From Dudresnaya verticillata (taxonomy: Eukaryota): 64,000 bases of DNA. The notes under the pieces were generated by a model that was given only the letters and a program-made list of their open reading frames with translations, was not told the DNA's origin and did no database searches. How positions within the stretch are numbered: position 1 is the stretch's first letter; every line of letters begins with the position of its first letter. The stretch lies in NCBI GenBank assembly GCA_977862235.1, contig OZ374558.1:2480001-2544000 (forward strand), in the 5' to 3' direction. Positions 59,249 through 64,000 of the stretch are shown here, in pieces. Both the position numbers and the translations under genes were made by a program.

Positions 59249-60346
59249 ATGGTTGTTGCCACCCGTTCGCAATACAGGGTGCACTACAATGCTGCCATTC
59301 AAATTGTCGGACCGCAGTTTGAAAAGCAAGTGCATCGTCTCGCTCTATTGCTGAAGAAGAGGGGTGACAGTACGATGTCCGCTATGAAGCGGGCTCGACG
59401 TTTTGTGGAATCAACGTTTAGCGCCAGCCGTTTCTTTGGCTTGTATGCTGTTGGAAACATACTTTGGTGCCCTGACCGCGATGATGGCGCCGCGTCCGCG
59501 TCATACGAAGAAGTCCTACAGGCTGTAGAGGTATTCTTTGAGGCTTACGTACATGGGTCTGGGGTTTCTGCAATGATGCTCTTCAGGCTCTTCGACATCG
59601 AATGTCAGAAGCATGAAGAACTGAACGCGACCGCCGAGCATTTCTACAAAGAAGTTGTTGATTCCAATCGTGACTTCGGCGGGACAGCAATGTGTCGACT
59701 CGGTCAAGTCTACCTGAAGGGGTTCAAGGGAGAAATCGCAAATCTTCACAAAGCCTTCTCTTTATTCGAGAAGTCCTCTCTGATAACTGATAATCGCCAG
59801 GCTTGCTATCATATGGGCTGTATGCTCCTGGATTTTCCAGGCATCGGTCTCTGTGATGACGGAGATCGGAACCGTCAAGCTGAGTTTGCTCTTATGCACT
59901 CAGTTTCACACAATGCAGAGTGTTCCCATGGTGCAGACGCAATGTACCGCCTATCTGGAATTTTCAAGTCCTCTAACAAGAAGAAAGCCATGTATGCTCT
60001 TAACCGTGCCATTGAAATTGGCGGGCATCTGGATGCCAAGACGACTCTTGCTCGTCTACTTATTGAGGGCTCACCAGAAATTGAGAAGGATGTGAAACGC
60101 GCAGTTGATCTGTGTTTTGAGGTTCTGGAGAAGGGGGAGAATGCAGAAGCTTGCTTCATTTTGGGGTCCGTCGTGAAGAGTCCAAAAACTTCAGCGGGTC
60201 TGTTTCTTGCAGGACTCAGACAGAAGGTTGACCAGAAGGCGGTTATTGGACTTGCTCAGTCCATTACGTCCATGCAATTGCCTACTGGGAAACGTTTGTT
60301 GGGAGGCGGAGCTCCCAATAGATCTAAGAAGCGCCCAAAATGCTGA
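59249..60346 (+). CDS. Sel1-like repeat (TPR superfamily) protein, 365 aa
   Basis: AMCRLGQVYLKG..NLHKAFSLFEKS, ACYHMG, AMYRLS..KKAMYALNRAIEIGGHLDAKTTLARLLIEG..KDVKRAVDL, EACFILG. Basic C-terminus KKRPK. Confidence 0.88.
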   Translation: MVVATRSQYRVHYNAAIQIVGPQFEKQVHRLALLLKKRGDSTMSAMKRARRFVESTFSASRFFGLYAVGNILWCPDRDDGAASASYEEVLQAVEVFFEAYVHGSGVSAMMLFRLFDIECQKHEELNATAEHFYKEVVDSNRDFGGTAMCRLGQVYLKGFKGEIANLHKAFSLFEKSSLITDNRQACYHMGCMLLDFPGIGLCDDGDRNRQAEFALMHSVSHNAECSHGADAMYRLSGIFKSSNKKKAMYALNRAIEIGGHLDAKTTLARLLIEGSPEIEKDVKRAVDLCFEVLEKGENAEACFILGSVVKSPKTSAGLFLAGLRQKVDQKAVIGLAQSITSMQLPTGKRLLGGGAPNRSKKRPKC

Positions 60347-61604
60347 AAGATCGCGAGCAATTCACTGTCGGTAGCAAACTTGCAATGTTTACATGTTTTG
60401 ATCTTCAGTCTATCGCTATAGTCGTTAACTATAACTGCCGCGAACTGTTATGTTGTCCTACTGACCTAGTCTCATTTGGCCTTTCCGCGGACTAGTCCTT
60501 GTTTTACTGAGTAACACTATGTTTTCTTCGATTTTGCTTCGACATTAAAACATCGCTGAGTTCTTCTACCTGCTATTTGCCGTCACGTCATGTTGTTTCT
60601 GCTTTCCTCGTTCTGCTACCAATGGCTGTTCAATGTTGATTCACCCCATATTCCTTGATGTGTATGGCTGCATCGATGCTGGGATCGGTGCTAGCGTAAA
60701 AAGTCTTGCTGAGTACCTAGTGTCTATTCGACCGACGATTTGCCTCATATGAGGCCAGAGTTGGCCTCACTTGAGGCCAGGGCGCTTCGCAGGGCAGTAC
60801 GGGGTATGCAGTAAACGGTGGTGTAAAAAACCTAAATCTTTTAGAAATAGCTAGGCAGGGTGAATGGCCGGGCCAAACAAATCACCTACTATTTGCGCGG
60901 TGTAAGCCGCTTCCTTACTACGCATTTATCTATGCAATCGAGCCTCCATCGATCTTTATAGAATGAAGTTCAGGAAAGTTGGCGGACTAGCAGCTTCGTT
61001 TTGAGATTGCGGGTTCAATGCTCGCTGATTTCATAACAGCTTGAAAACTCCTTCGGGGGCTCGACGGTTAATTTATGCTCTTACCACAGGAAGCCGCAAG
61101 GCGCTTTCTTGAACACTGCACAGAATACGGTACCATCCAAAAAGGAGCATTCCGACAGGGAAGTAGCCAATCCAGCTAGTCAAATAATGCGGATACTAAA
61201 CTGTAGGGGGCTTAAGGATTTTTCTTTTCTACATGAAAAGGCCTGTCACGCTTGTTGTTTACTTCTTTTTCGGCTCAATGCCCATAAAAGATTCCACTGT
61301 TACCGTAGTAAGACCCATGTTAAACTTACTTAAGACAAAAACCATAAACTTGATCATAATGCTTTTTAAAGCAAGTTGCGGGGTTGAACCCCCTTTCATG
61401 TCCCTTTGACAAATTTAACCCTCTCTGTTAAAAGTCCGCAAGCGTCCAATAAAGACATACTTTGACTTCTTCTTACCCTTACAAACATTTCACCGGGCTT
61501 GGACGGACTTACATCCTTCCTTAAACGCATGATAATAGTGCAAACAAGGTTGATACCTGTTCCAACATAAACACCGGCACAAACGTCCTCTTCCTCACTC
61601 AATC

Positions 61605-62145
61605 TGTGGTATAGACGCTATACGTGAAACGCTTCCGTGGCCTACGTCAAAATAGTCGAGAAATACGAATTTCGAAATGACTCCGTGAATGCGCACGCCA
61701 CGATGGCACACGTATTACAGTGCGCATACTCTGCGCGCGCCACGATGGCATTCGCATTACAGCACGCACGTGACACGAAATCGCTGAAACCTCCGGACGA
61801 ATCCCGAGCCGACTTCGTGATCGCGCGCGCCACGATGGCATTCCATTACAGTGCGCACCCGATAAGAAATCGCTGACACCTTCGTGACTTTCCCGTTGTT
61901 TCCCGCGCGTAACGGCACCGCGGCCCACGAGACACGCGCACCTCCGTATGCATCGGTGGCGCACTTCGCAACCGCCACCATACGTGAGGCGACCGTTCGT
62001 TGGCACCGAGGCCGTTACGAATCATTCGAGTACGAAGCGTCTCCCGCGTTGAAGCGCATTCGTGCTCACGTAGTACTACTTAGACAGTCGTCTGGCACAA
62101 CCTCCGAGGGTTTCCGGTAAGCGACTAGCGCCCGGACCTCGGAGT
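61605..62145 (+). mobile_element. First 541 bp of a Gypsy LTR, interrupted by an antiparallel sister element
   Basis: Starts TGTGGTATAG. It is the reverse complement (roughly 90% by eye) of 62453-62998. Confidence 0.75.
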
Positions 62146-62998
62146 TGTGGTATAACGAAAACGAAGTCCACGGAGACGCGGGGAAGTCTCGCACTGTAAG
62201 CGAATGGCCTCGGAGCCAGCGAATGGCCTCGTAGCCTAACGAAGAAACGAAAACGGGGTGGTAGCGTGGTAGAGCGGAGCGGCTAACACGAAGGACCACG
62301 GTGTCAACGTATTCGTGTGCGGAAGGGAGAACTCGAGCGATCGATCACCGGGGATAACTCCGGGTGCGCGAGGCTATCGAAAGTGAGGCTCGACCGTATC
62401 CGCAGTCACGAAGACGAAGACACCGAACTCGAAGAAACAGCGTTTACCGAAGACTCCGAGGTCCGGGCGCTAGTCGCTTATCGGGAACCCTCGGAGGTTG
62501 TGCCAGACGACTGGCTACTAAGTAGTACTACGGGAGCACGAATGCGCGTCAACGCGGGAGACGTTTTCGTACTCGAATGATTCGTAACGGCCTCGGTGCC
62601 AACGAACGGTCGCCTCACGTATGGTGGCGGTTGCGAAGTGAGCCAGCGATGCATACGGAGGTGCGCGTGTCTCGTGGGCCGCGGTGCCGTTACGCGCGGG
62701 AAACAACGGGAAAGTCACGAAGGTGTCAGCGATTTCGTATCGGGTGCGCACTGTAATGCGAATGCCATCGTGGCGCGCGCGATCACGAAGTCGGATCGGG
62801 ATTCATCCGGAGGTGTCAGCGATTTCGTATCACGTGCGTGCTGTAATGCGTATGCCATCGTGGCGCGCGCGCGGTATGCGCTCTGTAATACGTGTGCCAT
62901 CGTCGCGTGCGCATTCACGAAGTCACTTTGAAATTCGTATTTCTCGGTTCTTTTCACGTAGATCACGGAGTCATTTCACGGATAGCGTCTATACCACA

Positions 62999-63014
62999 CG
63001 GTCCCCTCCTCAAG
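62999..63014 (-). promoter_or_regulatory. Polypurine tract; near-identical second copy at 63596-63613
   Basis: CTTGAGGAGGGGACCGTG versus CTTGAGGAGGGGGCCGTG. Confidence 0.75.
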
Positions 63015-63049
63015 AGCGAACGTCCCGGTCGCGGGTTACGGATTTACGA

Positions 63050-63565
63050 ATTGGCGTGGCCTGCGTGCAAACGATGCAATACGAAGCGCGGAATTTCGAT
63101 ATGGTCCGACCGCGACAAACCGAGAGTTGCGAATCGCGATTGACTTGGACCTCGGCGTCCGCGAAGACCTCGGAAATCACGGAGACAAAACGGATTCGTA
63201 ATCGCAGCTTCGATTCTCGAATGGCGTGCGTGCGAGTGCAGCGATGCAATACGGTGCACGGAATTTCGATATGGTCCGACCGCGACAAACCGAGAGTTGC
63301 GAATCGCGATTGACTTGGACCTCGGCGTCCGCGAAGACCTCGGGAATCACGGAGACAAAACGGATTCGTAATCGTAGCTTCGGTTCTCGAATGGCGTGCG
63401 TGCGAGTGCAGCGATGCAATACGGTGCACGGAATTTCGATACGGTCCGACCGCGACAAACCGAGAGTTGCGAATCGCGATTGACTTGGACCTCGGAGTCC
63501 GCGAAGACCTCGGGAATCACGGAGACAAAACGGATTCGTAATCGCAGCTTCGGTTCTCGAATGGC
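63050..63565. repeat. 170-bp tandem repeat, 3 copies
   Basis: GAATTTCGAT anchors at 63091, 63261 and 63431. Confidence 0.95.
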
Positions 63566-64000
63566 GGGGTCATCGAAACTTCGGAATTTCACGTGCACGG
63601 CCCCCTCCTCAAGACGAAGGCGTCCGCGGCAACGTGCTTGGGGGGGTTGCGGATACGCGCTCCTCGGAGAGCTGTGTGGGTGTTGCGATGATCGCGCAGG
63701 GCAGGTAGCGTGAGCTCCGGGGTTGTTGCGGGCGGGCGAGCTGCTTCGGGGGCGCATCGGTGCGGGCGGAACGTATGCGTAATGGGGCGCCGAGGCCATG
63801 CGAGAGACTCCGTGGTCGTTGCGAAGGTGCGTCGGAACAGGTGAGCTCCGTGTCGCAAGTGAGGCGCGGGTGCGAAGTCGAAGTGCGCGTGGCGGGTGGC
63901 ATCGGCCTCGAAGTATGACGTCAGGCGCGTATGAAAGTTACGTATAGGTCAGCGTGTCCGTCCGCCGCGGTGTCAGCTCCTGTAATGCGAGTGCCGCGGT

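Larger units (their letters stand above)
62146..64000 (-). mobile_element. 3' end of a Gypsy element: 853-bp 3' LTR (62146-62998), PPT and 3' internal region
   Basis: On the minus strand, PPT CTTGAGGAGGGGACCG abuts TGTGGTATAG(62998)...TTATACCACA(62146). Shares the CCGCTCTACCAC(A)GCTACCACCC box with the LTR at 21408-21430. Confidence 0.8.

Noticed and set aside
60425..60435. TAACTATAAC resembling a large-subunit rRNA motif
   Set aside because: Ten-base match only, with no rRNA context.
62262..62279. tRNA gene or SINE A-box (TAGCGTGGTAGAGCGG)
   Set aside because: No B-box or cloverleaf follows. Better explained as the LTR box complementary to the primer tRNA.
61605..62998. MITE, foldback transposon, DIRS inverted repeats or a palindromic LTR
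   Set aside because: No target duplication flanks the pair, a PPT abuts the right end, and an LTR terminus motif sits exactly at the inner end of the left arm. Nested antiparallel insertion is simpler.

Overview
This is eukaryotic, intron-poor, repeat-dominated DNA. A multicellular red alga is my guess from gene style and retroelement types; it is not proven. (1) A ~7.2-7.6 kb unit carrying an intronless two-finger C2H2 gene occurs as three near-identical blocks (1-9554, 33575-42924, 52989-57110). These give three intact 412-aa copies and one truncated copy. (2) Chromovirus-type Ty3/Gypsy elements are nested: a 12.9 kb element (LTR, tRNA-Tyr-type PBS, gag, PR-RT-RH-IN-chromodomain, then ~5 kb of extra sense and antisense ORFs, no 3' LTR) sits in the gag of a related element. 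At the right end, an element is inserted antiparallel into a sister LTR, making a ~540 bp inverted repeat. (3) There are two decayed non-LTR retrotransposons with restriction-like endonuclease (CRE/R2-type), plus a fragment. (4) Host-like genes are a casein-kinase-1-like ORF with broken catalytic motifs and a Sel1-repeat protein. (5) Several satellites and minisatellites are present. The most unusual signals are a box complementary to the tRNA-Tyr D-arm kept in the U5 of three divergent LTRs, and a dense TCGACGC motif array next to the Gypsy accessory ORFs. No rRNA, tRNA or CRISPR array was seen. All comparisons were made by eye.
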